DNA of 64,000 nucleotides from Candidatus Omnitrophota bacterium (GTDB lineage: Bacteria; Omnitrophota; Gorgyraeia; Gygaellales; JAQTUX01). Position 1 is the stretch's first letter, and every line of letters begins with the position of its first letter. Shown piece by piece: positions 40,432 to 50,619 of this stretch. The position numbers and the translations under genes were made by a program. The notes under the pieces are model-generated. The model searched no databases and was not told where the DNA came from. It saw nothing but the letters and a program-made list of their open reading frames with translations. The stretch lies in contig JAQTUX010000001.1 of assembly GCA_028707125.1 (NCBI GenBank), positions 1,066,438 to 1,130,437 on the forward strand, in the 5' to 3' direction.

Positions 40432-41069
40432 GGCAAATAGTAAAGAGGATCTTTGGGTATATGGCCTTTGCGCACCTCAAAATGGAGAAGGGCGTGAGCG
40501 CCGCCTGATGCATTGATCAGACCGATCGTATCTCCCGACGCGACCCTGTCTCCTGCCCCGGCATTTATCCGCGAAAGCCCGGCATATACCGTTTCAAAAC
40601 CGTCTCCGTGGTCAATTATCAGGGAATTACCCCATCCGTGAAGGTCTCTTCCCACGAATGTCACAACCCCGCCCCTGGAAGCAGATACATTTGAAGCCGA
40701 ATTTACCTGAATGTCAATTCCTTTATTATTTACCCTGTTTCTTAGATTCCCGAAAGCGGATACTATGCTGCCCCTTACCGGCCAGGCAAAATCCCGGGAG
40801 GCGGCGGATGAACGCTCAATATTGTCAAATTCCTTTATTTCGGGTATCAATAACCTACGCCCGGTTTCTACCTGGCGCGGATTGGTAATACCGTTTGCCT
40901 CAACCAGCGCGTCAACAGACACGCTATGCATCCTGGCTATCCTCCAGAGGGTCTCGCCGCGCCGGACATTGTGATACTTGCCCGCGCTCACCGTAGGAGT
41001 AACCGGCTGCCTCATCGCGCATCCGCTTAACAAAAATAATATAGAGGCAATAGCAACTATTTCTCTCAT
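40428..41069 (-). CDS. LysM-M23 peptidoglycan endopeptidase lipoprotein
   Basis: Start is taken at the internal Met (MREIVAIASILFLLSGC lipobox) to avoid the tRNA. LysM is YHNVRRGETLWRIA. The M23 HxH is HLHFEVR. Confidence 0.7.
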   Translation of the reverse strand: MREIVAIASILFLLSGCAMRQPVTPTVSAGKYHNVRRGETLWRIARMHSVSVDALVEANGITNPRQVETGRRLLIPEIKEFDNIERSSAASRDFAWPVRGSIVSAFGNLRNRVNNKGIDIQVNSASNVSASRGGVVTFVGRDLHGWGNSLIIDHGDGFETVYAGLSRINAGAGDRVASGDTIGLINASGGAHALLHFEVRKGHIPKDPLYYLP

Positions 41070-41083
41070 AGAACTTTTTTCAA

Positions 41084-41154
41084 AGCGGGCGATGGGAATT
41101 GAACCCACCTATCCAGCTTGGGAAGCTGGTGTTCTACCGATGAACTACGCCCGC
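41084..41154 (-). tRNA. tRNA-Gly (anticodon CCC)
   Basis: Reverse complement reads GCGGGCG-TA-GTTC-ATCGGTA-GAAC-A-CCAGC-TTCCCAA-GCTGG-ATAG-GTGGG-TTCAATT-CCCAT-CGCCCGC-T. This folds as a cloverleaf with CCC at positions 34-36. 71 nt; no CCA encoded. Confidence 0.8.
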
Positions 41155-41157
41155 AAT

Positions 41158-42438
41158 CTATTTTACGCAATTCTCGACTAATTTCAAGGAACAAAACTTT
41201 CCGCACATTGTGCAGACGTCCGAAAGCGCGGGCAAAGAAGAAGCCCTATATTCCTCCGCTTTCCTGGGATAAACCGCGTACTTGATCTGCTCTTTCCAAT
41301 CCCTGTTCTTTCGCGCGATAGACATCTTCCTGTCCCAATCCACGGCGCCTTTTACTCCCTTGGCTATATCGGCCGCGTGAGCCGCTATACGGGAAGCGAT
41401 AACGCCGTCTTCTACGTCCTGGGTGGCAGGATGCCTGAGATGCTCGGAAGGGGTTACATAGCAAAGAAAATCCGCCCCGAAACCGGCCGCCAATGCCCCG
41501 CCTATCGCCCCGGAAATATGGTCGTAGCCGGCCGCGACATCGCAGACAAGCGGACCTAGGACATAAAACGGCGCGTTTCTGCATATCTTTTTCTGCAGCA
41601 GGATATTCCTCTTTATCTGGTTTAGCGGAACATGCCCGGGGCCTTCTATGATCACTTGGACGCCTTTCTTCAGGGCCCTCTTTGCCAATCCGCCGAGTAT
41701 CCTCAATTCATGCAGCTGCAATGCGTCGGTAGCATCCAATATGCTTCCCGGGCGCATCCCGTCCCCCAGGCTCAAAGTGATGTCAAACTTACGCGCCATA
41801 TCCAGCACATCATCAAAAAATTCATATAGGGGATTTTCCTTATTGGAGCGCGCTATCCAGGCAGTCAGCATCGCCCCTCCCCTGCTTACAACGCCGAGAA
41901 CGCGGCGCCTTTTTTGGGCGATAGACACGGCGGACTTTGTCACGCCGGAATGTATGGTGAAAAAATCCACGCCCATCTCCGCCTGCGTCTTTAACGCGCC
42001 AAAGATATCGTCTTTCGTCATCTTCAGGAAACTGCCCCTGGAACGCTCGGCGATCAACGCCGCCTGATAGATCGGCACTGTGCCGACGGGGACACAAGAA
42101 CGCTTGATCATTGACCGCAGCATGCCCTCAATGTTACCGCCTGTGCTTAGATCCATGACCGTATCTGCTCCGGCCTCTACGGCAACGTCAAGCTTCTCTA
42201 ATTCATAATTACTGTCCGCCTTATCCTCGGATGTCCCTATATTGGCGTTTACCTTTGTCCTCAGCCCTTTGCCTATGCCGCAGGGCCTGGCGACATCATG
42301 GAAGGTATTCTTAGGAATAACGATCTCTCCTTTTGCTATCTTTTTCAGAAGATAACTTATAGAAACACCTTCACATTTGGCGATGCCGCGGATCAAGGTA
42401 TTGGCCTTATTCCTTCTTGCCTCTTCAATAAGTGTCAT
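41158..42438 (-). CDS. thiC: Phosphomethylpyrimidine synthase
   Basis: 426 aa with ThiC-wide conservation and the C-terminal CxxCxxxxC Fe-S motif (CTMCGKFCS). Confidence 0.9.
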   Translation of the reverse strand: MTLIEEARRNKANTLIRGIAKCEGVSISYLLKKIAKGEIVIPKNTFHDVARPCGIGKGLRTKVNANIGTSEDKADSNYELEKLDVAVEAGADTVMDLSTGGNIEGMLRSMIKRSCVPVGTVPIYQAALIAERSRGSFLKMTKDDIFGALKTQAEMGVDFFTIHSGVTKSAVSIAQKRRRVLGVVSRGGAMLTAWIARSNKENPLYEFFDDVLDMARKFDITLSLGDGMRPGSILDATDALQLHELRILGGLAKRALKKGVQVIIEGPGHVPLNQIKRNILLQKKICRNAPFYVLGPLVCDVAAGYDHISGAIGGALAAGFGADFLCYVTPSEHLRHPATQDVEDGVIASRIAAHAADIAKGVKGAVDWDRKMSIARKNRDWKEQIKYAVYPRKAEEYRASSLPALSDVCTMCGKFCSLKLVENCVK

Positions 42439-42441
42439 TGG

Positions 42442-43152
42442 TTATTGTGATATACGTTTTTTTAAAAAAGATACTTTTTTACTTACGTCCTTTGCGCCGC
42501 AGATCTCCCTTACTACGGCTATCCTCTCTGCCCCGCTATCAATTACAGAATTAAGGTTACCCGAATTGATCCCGCCTATGGCAAAAAACGGTATGCCCAC
42601 ATTCTTAGCCGCCCACCTGATTAAACTTAACCCTACAGGCGCGTACGCGGGCTTGGTAGGGGTCTTAAAAACCGGCCCCACGCTTATATAGTCGGCGCCT
42701 TCCTTCTGCGCCTTAAGGCACTGATTGATACTATGGCAGGATATGCCGATGAGTTTGCCCCTGCCGATGATCTCACGGGCGCGCTCCAACGGCAGGTCGT
42801 CCTGGCCCAAATGCAGCCCATCAGCATCCACTATCCTGGCAATGTCTGCCCGGTCATTAAGGATCAGTGGTATGCCGTATTTGGATAAGATGCCTTTGAT
42901 CCGGTAAGCTATACCGATTATTTCTGCCGCGGCAGCGTTCTTTGCCCGAAACTGGATCAGGCCAACGCCTGCCCTGGCCGCTTGAGCGGATACAGCCGGC
43001 AGCCGCTTTGTATCAGCGCATATATCCTTATCCAGCACAAGGTATAGATTACGCTCATCCAAACAGAATTTTTTCAAGTGAGTATGTCCTGTAGCGCGCG
43101 TATTTTGCCCGCCCCGCAAGCCGCTCATCCACCAATTTAAGGAACTCCTCAA
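42442..43152 (-). CDS. thiE: Thiamine-phosphate synthase (start uncertain; may begin at a TTG near 43074)
   Basis: LYLVLD..., GADYISVGPVFKTPTK, FAIGGI are ThiE motifs. The 5' end overlaps the upstream ORF by ~100 nt as annotated. Confidence 0.75.
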   Translation of the reverse strand: MRSSLNWWMSGLRGGQNTRATGHTHLKKFCLDERNLYLVLDKDICADTKRLPAVSAQAARAGVGLIQFRAKNAAAAEIIGIAYRIKGILSKYGIPLILNDRADIARIVDADGLHLGQDDLPLERAREIIGRGKLIGISCHSINQCLKAQKEGADYISVGPVFKTPTKPAYAPVGLSLIRWAAKNVGIPFFAIGGINSGNLNSVIDSGAERIAVVREICGAKDVSKKVSFLKKRISQ

Positions 43153-43468
43153 GGACCCTGAGAGATTCCTTTACCCTTTGTATATTAGCAAGCAGTATGC
43201 GGTTCTGATCCGCCCTTTTCAGTTCCGCTTTTATATGCCTTATTCCCACGTCTTCGTCTATATTCCTGTATTTGAGGAGGATCTTATAGTCAAACGCGCC
43301 GGAGATCAAATCAATACTATGGCGTATCTTCTTGAATTCCCGCGTAGCGCGCTTATCGTCAAAAATAAACCGCGTAGTATCCTCACATACGCGAAGCCCT
43401 TCCTTTACCCTGTTTAAATTCGCGTCTATGACCCTGAAGACCTTACTGTTATTGCCGCGCTTATTCAA
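43055..43468 (-). CDS. Hypothetical 137-aa protein upstream of thiE
   Basis: ORF with a coherent charged helical sequence. It overlaps thiE in another frame. No family recognised. Confidence 0.35.
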   Translation of the reverse strand: MNKRGNNSKVFRVIDANLNRVKEGLRVCEDTTRFIFDDKRATREFKKIRHSIDLISGAFDYKILLKYRNIDEDVGIRHIKAELKRADQNRILLANIQRVKESLRVLEEFLKLVDERLAGRAKYARYRTYSLEKILFG

Positions 43469-43944
43469 CCTTTTCCTTTGATCGCCTTTATCAGAGCGCT
43501 GGTAGAATAGTCCTTGATATAAGGCAAGCTCACTACCCTGCCTCCGTAACCGCGGACAAATGAACCGCCGGCTATCTTCTCCACGCTCCAGTCGCCGCCC
43601 TTGACCAGCACATCCGGCCTTATCTTCCTGATCAGATCTTCCGGGGTCAACCCGGCAAAAAACGTGATGAAATCAACGCATTCCAACGCTGAAAGCACAT
43701 ATGCCCTGTCGTTCTGATTGTTGACCGGCCGCTTATCGCCTTTTATCTTTCTTACCGAACTGTCCGTGTTCAGGCCCACGATAAGAATATCAGCGCGGCT
43801 CTTCGCCTTCCGCAGATAAGCGATATGCCCTTTGTGCAGGATGTCAAAACAGCCGTTGGTAAAAACCACCCTCAGCCCTTTCTTTCTAAGGGACGCGGCG
43901 ATCCTGGATATCTCCCGCTGAGATTTGATTTTACTATTTATCAA
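43465..43944 (-). CDS. rfaE2: D-glycero-beta-D-manno-heptose 1-phosphate adenylyltransferase (RfaE domain II / HldE C-terminal-type cytidylyltransferase)
   Basis: VFTNGCFDILHKGHIAYL is the nucleotidyltransferase H-x-G-H motif; 159 aa. Confidence 0.75.
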   Translation of the reverse strand: MINSKIKSQREISRIAASLRKKGLRVVFTNGCFDILHKGHIAYLRKAKSRADILIVGLNTDSSVRKIKGDKRPVNNQNDRAYVLSALECVDFITFFAGLTPEDLIRKIRPDVLVKGGDWSVEKIAGGSFVRGYGGRVVSLPYIKDYSTSALIKAIKGKG

Positions 43945-44515
43945 ATGACCCCTCTACTATCTCGCAAATTATATGGCCGATAATTATGTGGGCTTCCTGT
44001 ATCCTCGCGGTCACCGCGGAAGGGACTACTATGGAAATACCGGCCTCTTTACTTAACTTCCCGCCGCTGCCGCCGGTGAGCGCGATCGTCCCGGCGCCAA
44101 GTTCCTTTGCCTTTGCCAGCGCCTTAATGACGTTGGAGGCATTGCCGCTGGTTGATATGCCTATTACCACGTCCTTTTTTTCCGCCAGCGCCTCTATCTG
44201 ACGGGAAAAGACGATATCGTAGCCGTAATCATTGGCCAGGGCGGTCAAAACAGAGGTATTGGTGGAAAGCGCGATAGCGGGATAGGCCTTCCTTTCCTTC
44301 TGAAACCTGCCGATGAATTCCGCCGCTATGTGCTGAGCGTCGGCGGCGCTGCCGCCGTTGCCGCAAAGTATGACCTTACCGCCGGAACGCAGCGCGCCGG
44401 TTACAACGGCAGCGGCCCTGATAATATCATCCAGGTGACGCTCTTTGATCTCCTGCTTTATTTTAAGGGATTCGTTAAGAACCCGCTCCGCTATGTTTCT
44501 GGCTTCTCTATCCAA
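43934..44515 (-). CDS. gmhA: Phosphoheptose isomerase (SIS domain)
   Basis: ILCGNGGSAADAQHIAAEF, the GmhA signature. Confidence 0.8.
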   Translation of the reverse strand: MDREARNIAERVLNESLKIKQEIKERHLDDIIRAAAVVTGALRSGGKVILCGNGGSAADAQHIAAEFIGRFQKERKAYPAIALSTNTSVLTALANDYGYDIVFSRQIEALAEKKDVVIGISTSGNASNVIKALAKAKELGAGTIALTGGSGGKLSKEAGISIVVPSAVTARIQEAHIIIGHIICEIVEGSFDK

Positions 44516-45536
44516 AGAACACCTTCGCTATTTCATAAAGTTCCGGATCTATCGTCTTAAGTTTTGTCACCGCCTCTTCCAGCGGCACATCGACTATTTT
44601 GTTGCCCTTTAAGCTCACCATATGCCCGAACTTTTTTGTCTTGACCAGCTCTACCGCCTTGACGCCGAAACGCGTGCCCAGGACGCGGTCAAAGGCCGTG
44701 GGGCTGCCGCCCCTCTGAATATGCCCGAGGACGCTTACGCGCGTTTCGTATCCGGTGCGCTTTTCTATTTCCCTGGCGAGCAGGTCGCCTATGCCCCCCA
44801 ATCTTACATGTCCGAATTCGTCAAGTTTTTGCTCCTGCAGGACCATAGAGCCCTTTTTAAACTCGGCGCCTTCCGCCACAACCACGATGCTGAAGGTCTT
44901 GCCGCGGCCGTGCCTCTTTTTAAGCAGGATCGCCACCTCTTCAACATCAATAGGGTATTCCGGTATGAGGATGATGTCCGCGCCCCCAGCGATGCCGGCC
45001 TCCGCGGCGATCCACCCCGCGTGCCTGCCCATGACCTCAACGACTATTATGCGATGGTGGCTTTCCGCGGTCGTATGCAATCTGTCAATGCATTCTGTGG
45101 CTATGTTTATCGCCGTGTCAAAGCCAAAGGTGTAATCCGTGGCAGAAAGATCGTTGTCTATGGTCTTTGGGACGCCCACAATATTCAATCCTTCCTTGCA
45201 CAGCTTATTGGCAACGCCAAGGGTGTCTTCCCCGCCTACCGCTACCAGGGCGTCAAGCCCCATTTTCTTATAATTATCTTTCGCGCGCTGGACAGAGCCC
45301 TCTTCTTTATAGGGATTTGTGCGGCTGGTGCCTAATATCGTGCCGCCCCTGGGAAGTATGCCTGAAATCGCCTGAAGGTCCAATTCCATAGTGTCGTTCT
45401 CGATCAACCCCTTCCAGCCGTTCTTTATCCCTATGACCCTGATATTCTCATTAAAGCTTTTCCTTACGACCGCCCTGATAACCGGGTTTAATCCGGGGCA
45501 GTCGCCTCCGCCGGTGAGAATTCCAATAGTAGCCAT
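44508..45536 (-). CDS. pfkA: 6-phosphofructokinase
   Basis: IGILTGGGDCPGLN, VAVGGEDT, MGRHAG motifs; 342 aa. Confidence 0.85.
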   Translation of the reverse strand: MATIGILTGGGDCPGLNPVIRAVVRKSFNENIRVIGIKNGWKGLIENDTMELDLQAISGILPRGGTILGTSRTNPYKEEGSVQRAKDNYKKMGLDALVAVGGEDTLGVANKLCKEGLNIVGVPKTIDNDLSATDYTFGFDTAINIATECIDRLHTTAESHHRIIVVEVMGRHAGWIAAEAGIAGGADIILIPEYPIDVEEVAILLKKRHGRGKTFSIVVVAEGAEFKKGSMVLQEQKLDEFGHVRLGGIGDLLAREIEKRTGYETRVSVLGHIQRGGSPTAFDRVLGTRFGVKAVELVKTKKFGHMVSLKGNKIVDVPLEEAVTKLKTIDPELYEIAKVFFG

Positions 45537-45560
45537 GCCTTTATTCCTCCTTATTATGTA

Positions 45561-46169
45561 TTAATGGCGCCCGTAACCAAAGGGGACAGCCGGCCCTTTG
45601 GCATATCTGCCTTCTTCATGCTCTTTCTTGTTCTTTTCCTCATGCGAGATTATCTTGGCGACGTGTATCCTCGCCATGACCTCGGCATCTATGCCTAACT
45701 CCTGTATCCTTGACTTTATCATTTCCTGAAGCCTGCTGGTCACATCGGGTATGTTCGTCTCAGACCTCAAGATCAACCGTATGTTCACTTCTATGTTATT
45801 TTTCTTCCCCGCTATGACTTTGGGCTTTAACTCCCTTATCTCGGGTATGCCGCTGGAAATCCTCTTGATGAGGTCTTCAACCGCCGAGAGCGCGATGGTC
45901 ACCTCTCCGGTGGGCATCTTAAAGGCGATCGTCCTTTCGCGCTGCCATCTGCCTGTAATGCCCTGGGTGAAAAAGAGATTGAACAGAAAGATAAACACGG
46001 CTACGAGAAAAATTATCTGCCGCGACTGCATATCGTCATATATCAAATGGAGCGCGCTGGAGATGTGCTCCGGGTATATCCAATGCAGCGACAGAGAGAT
46101 CAACAGTCCGGCCAAAGCGCATATGACTATTGTATAAAAGATAAGCCCCAAAACAGTAAAGAATTTCAT
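45561..46169 (-). CDS. Asp23/Gls24-family protein with N-terminal transmembrane anchor
   Basis: Two TM helices followed by an Asp23-like region (GEVTIALSAVEDLI...VNIRLIL). Confidence 0.5.
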   Translation of the reverse strand: MKFFTVLGLIFYTIVICALAGLLISLSLHWIYPEHISSALHLIYDDMQSRQIIFLVAVFIFLFNLFFTQGITGRWQRERTIAFKMPTGEVTIALSAVEDLIKRISSGIPEIRELKPKVIAGKKNNIEVNIRLILRSETNIPDVTSRLQEMIKSRIQELGIDAEVMARIHVAKIISHEEKNKKEHEEGRYAKGPAVPFGYGRH

Positions 46170-46172
46170 CGC

Positions 46173-46529
46173 CTACCCCCTTTCTATGCCCTGAATATTT
46201 ATATTGATATCTTTAATGACCAGGTTGGTCGTCTTTTCCAGATTCCTTCTTACATTCTCCTGGACCTGCGAGGCAACATCAGGGATGCTGTATCCGTACT
46301 TCACTACCAGCGGGATATCTATCTTGACCTCGCCGTTTGAATCTATATCAACCTTGATGCCTCCTGTTTGCCTGTCTCTGCCGATAAATTCAAAAATAAA
46401 CCTTCGCATATCGCTTCCCAGCCCCTTTACGCCGTCTATTTCGCAGGCGGCGATAGAGGCGACGGAAGAGATCGCTTTTTTATGGATCTTGACCAAACCG
46501 AATTCTGTCCTGGATTCTTCCCTATTCAT
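46173..46529 (-). CDS. Asp23/Gls24 alkaline-shock-family protein
   Basis: ISSVASIAACEIDGVKGL...VKIDIPLVVKYGYSIPDVASQVQENV matches the Asp23 family pattern. Confidence 0.6.
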   Translation of the reverse strand: MNREESRTEFGLVKIHKKAISSVASIAACEIDGVKGLGSDMRRFIFEFIGRDRQTGGIKVDIDSNGEVKIDIPLVVKYGYSIPDVASQVQENVRRNLEKTTNLVIKDININIQGIERG

Positions 46530-46550
46530 GCCTTCCCCCTTGAATTTTTG

Positions 46551-47909
46551 TTATTCTTCCGATTCTTCCTTCAAAATCTCCTGCACAAAATGCGTGGAAA
46601 AGTTCCCGCTCACAAAAAGCGGATTATTCAGGATTATTTTATGAAAATCAATCGTCGTGTGTATGGGGGCTATCACGAATTCGTCCAGCGCCCTCCTCAT
46701 AGTGCCTATGGCCTCGGTCCTGTCCTTGCCGTGCACGATGAGCTTGGCCACCATAGAATCGTAAAAGGGGTTTACCGTGTAGCCCTGGTATACATGGGTA
46801 TCCACTCTCACTCCCGGGCCGCCCGGCAGTATAAGGGTTTCGATCTTCCCGGGAGAAGGCATAAAGGCCTTGCTGTGATCTTCCGCGTTGATGCGGCATT
46901 CAATGGCCGCGCCTTCCATCTTAACGTCTTCCTGGCTCACCTTCAGCTTCTCGCCCGCGGCGATCCTTATCTGCTCCTTGATGATATCCATGCCGGTCAC
47001 CATTTCCGTTACCGGATGCTCAACCTGGACCCTGGTGTTCATCTCTATAAAGTAATATTTCCCGGTATTTTCATCGAGCAGGAATTCTACCGTGCCGCAG
47101 GACAAATACCCTATGCTCTTTGCCCCCTCGATAGCCATCTGGCCGAGGTGCTTCCTGCTTTTGGGGTCGACCAACGGCGAGGGGGACTCTTCAAGGAGCT
47201 TCTGGTGCCTCCTCTGGATACTGCAATCCCTCTCACCCAGATGTATTATGTTGCCTGCCTTATCGGCAATGATCTGTATCTCTATGTGGCGCGGCTTCTC
47301 AATATATTTTTCTATATAGACGTCTGAATTGCCGAAACTCGCCTCGGCCTCTGTCTGCGCGGTCATCAAAGCTCCGATAAGCCGCACATCGTTATGACAG
47401 ATCCTCATCCCTCTGCCGCCTCCGCCCGCTACGGCCTTGATGATCACGGGATAGCCCACCTGTTTGGCTATCTTCAGCGCCTCTTCCTTGCTCTTTATGG
47501 AGGACTTGCTCCCGGGAATGACAGGAAGCCCTATCTTAAGCATGGTTTCCCTTGCCAGCATCTTATCGCCCATCTGCCGTATATTTTCAGGAGTAGGCCC
47601 TATAAAGGTGATCTGGCAGGACTGGCATATCTCGGCAAAATGGGCATTCTCGGCAAGAAAGCCGTAACCGGGATGTATGGCCTCAACGTCTGTGATCTCC
47701 GCGGCGCTTATCAAGGCCGGGATATTAAGGTAGCTCTCTTTGCTCGCCGCCGCGCCTATACAAACCGCTTCATCGGCAAACCTCACATGCAGCGAGTCCT
47801 TATCCGCTTGCGAATATACCGCCACAGTGCGTATGCCCAACTCTTTGCATGCCCGTATTATCCTGAGGGCGATCTCGCCCCTGTTGGCTATGAGGACCTT
47901 TGAGAACAT
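46551..47909 (-). CDS. accC: Acetyl-CoA carboxylase biotin carboxylase subunit
   Basis: [26 protein letters not shown] and ATP-grasp motifs; 452 aa. Confidence 0.9.
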   Translation of the reverse strand: MFSKVLIANRGEIALRIIRACKELGIRTVAVYSQADKDSLHVRFADEAVCIGAAASKESYLNIPALISAAEITDVEAIHPGYGFLAENAHFAEICQSCQITFIGPTPENIRQMGDKMLARETMLKIGLPVIPGSKSSIKSKEEALKIAKQVGYPVIIKAVAGGGGRGMRICHNDVRLIGALMTAQTEAEASFGNSDVYIEKYIEKPRHIEIQIIADKAGNIIHLGERDCSIQRRHQKLLEESPSPLVDPKSRKHLGQMAIEGAKSIGYLSCGTVEFLLDENTGKYYFIEMNTRVQVEHPVTEMVTGMDIIKEQIRIAAGEKLKVSQEDVKMEGAAIECRINAEDHSKAFMPSPGKIETLILPGGPGVRVDTHVYQGYTVNPFYDSMVAKLIVHGKDRTEAIGTMRRALDEFVIAPIHTTIDFHKIILNNPLFVSGNFSTHFVQEILKEESEE

Positions 47910-47914
47910 ATTAT

Positions 47915-48361
47915 TTATAACGGTTCGATTAAAAAGACGGGTTGGCCGAATTCGACTGGTTCAGCGTTATCAACTAAAACTTCCTTTATCCTGCCCCTTA
48001 CCTCTGCCTTTATTTCGTTCATCAGCTTCATCGCCTCTATAATGCAAATAACCTGGCCCGGCTCTATGGCATCGCCAGCGTTTACAAATGGCGCCGATTC
48101 AGGAGACGGCGCCCTGTAAAAGGTGCCGACCATGGGGGATTTGATCTCTGCCAGCTTGCCTGCTTCCTTAGCTGCTGCCTGCGACTCCTGGGCCCTGGGC
48201 AGTACCTGCTCTTTTTCAACTATAACGGGGGAATTCAGGTCGCCTGACTGTGAGGAGCCCTTGCGCAATTTAATGCGAGTCCCGTCCTTTTCGATCTCAA
48301 GCTCGGTGAGCCCGTTCTCGTTCATAAGATTTATCATTTCCTTGATCTCTTTAAGGTTCAT
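47915..48361 (-). CDS. accB: Biotin carboxyl carrier protein
   Basis: EAMKLMNEI biotinylation motif (AMKM-type). Confidence 0.8.
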   Translation of the reverse strand: MNLKEIKEMINLMNENGLTELEIEKDGTRIKLRKGSSQSGDLNSPVIVEKEQVLPRAQESQAAAKEAGKLAEIKSPMVGTFYRAPSPESAPFVNAGDAIEPGQVICIIEAMKLMNEIKAEVRGRIKEVLVDNAEPVEFGQPVFLIEPL

Positions 48362-48376
48362 CTCTCCACCTCTCGG

Positions 48377-48934
48377 TTATGCCCTTTCAATATATTCCCC
48401 GGTCCGGGTATCCACCTTTATCATATCGCCCGTGTTGACAAACAACGGGACATAGACCACCGCTCCGGTCTCAATAGTGGCCGGCTTGCCGCTGCTTTTT
48501 GCCGTATCGCCTTTAATGCCCGGCTCCGTATGCTCTACTTTTACTATGATGGTATTCGGCAGGCTTATATTAAGAAGGTCTCCCTTATAAAAATACGCGC
48601 TCACCTCCAGGTTGTCCTTAAGAAAAGGCTCCTTGCCCTGCAGATTGTCTTTATGCAGCGCCAGGTCCTCAAAGTTATCCTGGTCTATGAAATGGAACAT
48701 GTCTCCCGCGCGGTAGGAATAGGCGAGCTTCCTCTCGTCCACAAAGGCCTCCTCGATCTTTTCTTCGCCCCTGAAGGTGTATTCCTGTATATTGCCGGTC
48801 TTCAGATTGCGCAGCTTCGTCCTGACAAACGCTGAGCCCTTGCCCGGCTTGACATGGTTGACTTCCACCACCATATACACGTTCCCTTCAACCAAGACCG
48901 TAAGCCCTGTCTTAACCTGATTAATGGATAGCAT
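48377..48934 (-). CDS. efp: Translation elongation factor P
   Basis: 185 aa; N-terminal KPGKGSAFVRTKLRNLKTG is the EF-P KOW signature. Confidence 0.9.
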   Translation of the reverse strand: MLSINQVKTGLTVLVEGNVYMVVEVNHVKPGKGSAFVRTKLRNLKTGNIQEYTFRGEEKIEEAFVDERKLAYSYRAGDMFHFIDQDNFEDLALHKDNLQGKEPFLKDNLEVSAYFYKGDLLNISLPNTIIVKVEHTEPGIKGDTAKSSGKPATIETGAVVYVPLFVNTGDMIKVDTRTGEYIERA

Positions 48935-48956
48935 AGAGGATTATTTTACTTAAGAT

Positions 48957-50006
48957 TTAACGCGTTGTCAATACTTCACATCCGCCTTCGGTCACCAGCA
49001 CCATGTCTTCTATACGCACGCCGAACTTACCCGGCAGATATATGCCCGGCTCAACCGTAAACACCATCCCCGGCAGAAGCCGCGTCATATTTGTTGAGTT
49101 GATATACGGCAGCTCGTGCGCTTCCAGGCCTACGCCATGGCCCAGGGAATGCCGGAAGAACTTTCCGTAGCCCCTGCTCGCGATATGGCCCCTCGCTTTA
49201 TGATCCACATCTTTAGCGCAGATCCCCGGCCTTATTGCCGATATAGCCAACTCTTGCGCCTCCAACGCCGTGTCGTAAATCTTTAGAAATTCCCTGCTCC
49301 TGCAGTTACGTTTAAATACCCGGGTTATGTCTGAGTTATAACCCTCAAAATTAACGCCCATATCGATCAGGACCGGCTCATCCCTCTTAAGCCGGCTTTC
49401 TCCTGTCGGATAATGAGGCATTGAGCCGTTCTTGCCAAAGGCCACTATGGTATCAAATGCCATGCTTCTGACGCCGTTGCCCCTGGCCAATGATTCTATA
49501 GCGATCTGAATATCTATCTCTTTTCTGCCGCGCCTGAGCGTCTTTCTTACCTGTTCAAGGCATTTAGCCGTCCTTGCTATGGCCTTCCTTATCTTTGCTA
49601 TTTCCCGGCTGCCTTTGAACTGCCTCAATGATTCAACCAGGTCAAATGTATAAACGCAATCAAGGCCGCGGCAGGCATGCTTTATCCTCTTAAGTTCAGC
49701 TACGGATAACGACTTGGCCTCAAATCCCATCCGCCTTACTCTCGCTTTTGTAGCCAGCGAGCAGAGCGTTTGGAATATGTTATGGTCTATTATGGCTATC
49801 TTAAAAATGCCGGGATATTTTCTCGCCTCTTCTTCGTAACGAAAATCCGTGATCAGGTATTGGGCGCGCCTGGTGATCAACAGATAAGCATCTCTTGATT
49901 CAAGGCCGGTCACATATGAAATATTCGGCTGGCTGCTTACAAACAGCGCGTCCAGGCGCAGCTTATATAGTTTTTTCCTCAGCTGAGTTATGGTGTCCCG
50001 CGCCAT
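48957..50006 (-). CDS. pepP: Xaa-Pro aminopeptidase (M24B)
   Basis: M24 pita-bread motifs HSLGHGVGLEAHE and metal ligands D/D/H/E/E. Confidence 0.8.
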   Translation of the reverse strand: MARDTITQLRKKLYKLRLDALFVSSQPNISYVTGLESRDAYLLITRRAQYLITDFRYEEEARKYPGIFKIAIIDHNIFQTLCSLATKARVRRMGFEAKSLSVAELKRIKHACRGLDCVYTFDLVESLRQFKGSREIAKIRKAIARTAKCLEQVRKTLRRGRKEIDIQIAIESLARGNGVRSMAFDTIVAFGKNGSMPHYPTGESRLKRDEPVLIDMGVNFEGYNSDITRVFKRNCRSREFLKIYDTALEAQELAISAIRPGICAKDVDHKARGHIASRGYGKFFRHSLGHGVGLEAHELPYINSTNMTRLLPGMVFTVEPGIYLPGKFGVRIEDMVLVTEGGCEVLTTR

Positions 50007-50012
50007 AGGGCC

Positions 50013-50447
50013 CTACCGCAGGAGTGCTGCCAACGCCTTGAGGCCGAGCAGATAACTGTTTAAACCAAAACCGCTGATCTGGCCGCAAGCTACAGGGGCA
50101 ACCAGAGAAGTGTGCCTGAATTCCTCTCTGGCGTAAATATTAGAAAGATGGACCTCAACAACGGGTAGTCCCGAAGCGGATATGGCGTCCCTTATCGCGA
50201 CGCTTGTATGAGTATATGCGGCGGGGTTTATAAGCAGGCCGTCTATGCCCTTCTTTGCCTTGCCTATCTTCTCTACTATGTCACCCTCATGATCGGACTG
50301 AAATATCTCCAGCCCTACCTTCTCTTTCTTCGCTGCCTTCATTAGCTCCTCGTTTATCTTCTTAAGCGTGACCTTACCGTAAAACTGCGGCTCTCTTTTT
50401 CCCAATAGATCGAGATTCGGCCCGTGTATTATGAGTATCTTTTTCAT
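50013..50447 (-). CDS. aroQ: Type II 3-dehydroquinate dehydratase
   Basis: [21 protein letters not shown]...[10 protein letters not shown], the type II DHQase signature. Confidence 0.85.
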   Translation of the reverse strand: MKKILIIHGPNLDLLGKREPQFYGKVTLKKINEELMKAAKKEKVGLEIFQSDHEGDIVEKIGKAKKGIDGLLINPAAYTHTSVAIRDAISASGLPVVEVHLSNIYAREEFRHTSLVAPVACGQISGFGLNSYLLGLKALAALLR

Positions 50448-50450
50448 ATT

Positions 50451-50606
50451 TTATGCCTCCGCCTCATCGATCAGCATAACCGGTATACCGTCGCGAACAG
50501 GATATTTACGGCCGCAGGATTTGCAAACGATCTTGCTGTCTTTCAACTCCACATCGTTCTTGCAGGCAGGACAAGCAAGAATATCTAACAACTCTTTATC
50601 TATCAT
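50451..50606 (-). CDS. Trm112/YcaR-like zinc-ribbon protein (UPF0434)
   Basis: 51 aa, not in the ORF track: MIDKELLDILACPACKNDVELKDSKIVCKSCGRKYPVRDGIPVMLIDEAEA, the typical Trm112-like pattern. Confidence 0.55.
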   Translation of the reverse strand: MIDKELLDILACPACKNDVELKDSKIVCKSCGRKYPVRDGIPVMLIDEAEA

Positions 50607-50619
50607 TCTATCACCTCGA

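Noticed and set aside
40428-41108. Full-length six-frame ORF for the M23 peptidase
   Set aside because: The first 13 codons overlap tRNA-Gly. The internal Met gives a proper lipoprotein signal peptide, so the start was moved to 41069.
43150-43215. TPP (THI-box) riboswitch on + strand (CTGAGA / ACCCTTTG / CTGATCC motifs)
   Set aside because: The GGGGUGCCC and UGGAUAAUGCCAGCG elements are missing, and there is no downstream + strand gene. The thi genes are on the minus strand. Most likely a chance motif coincidence inside a coding region.
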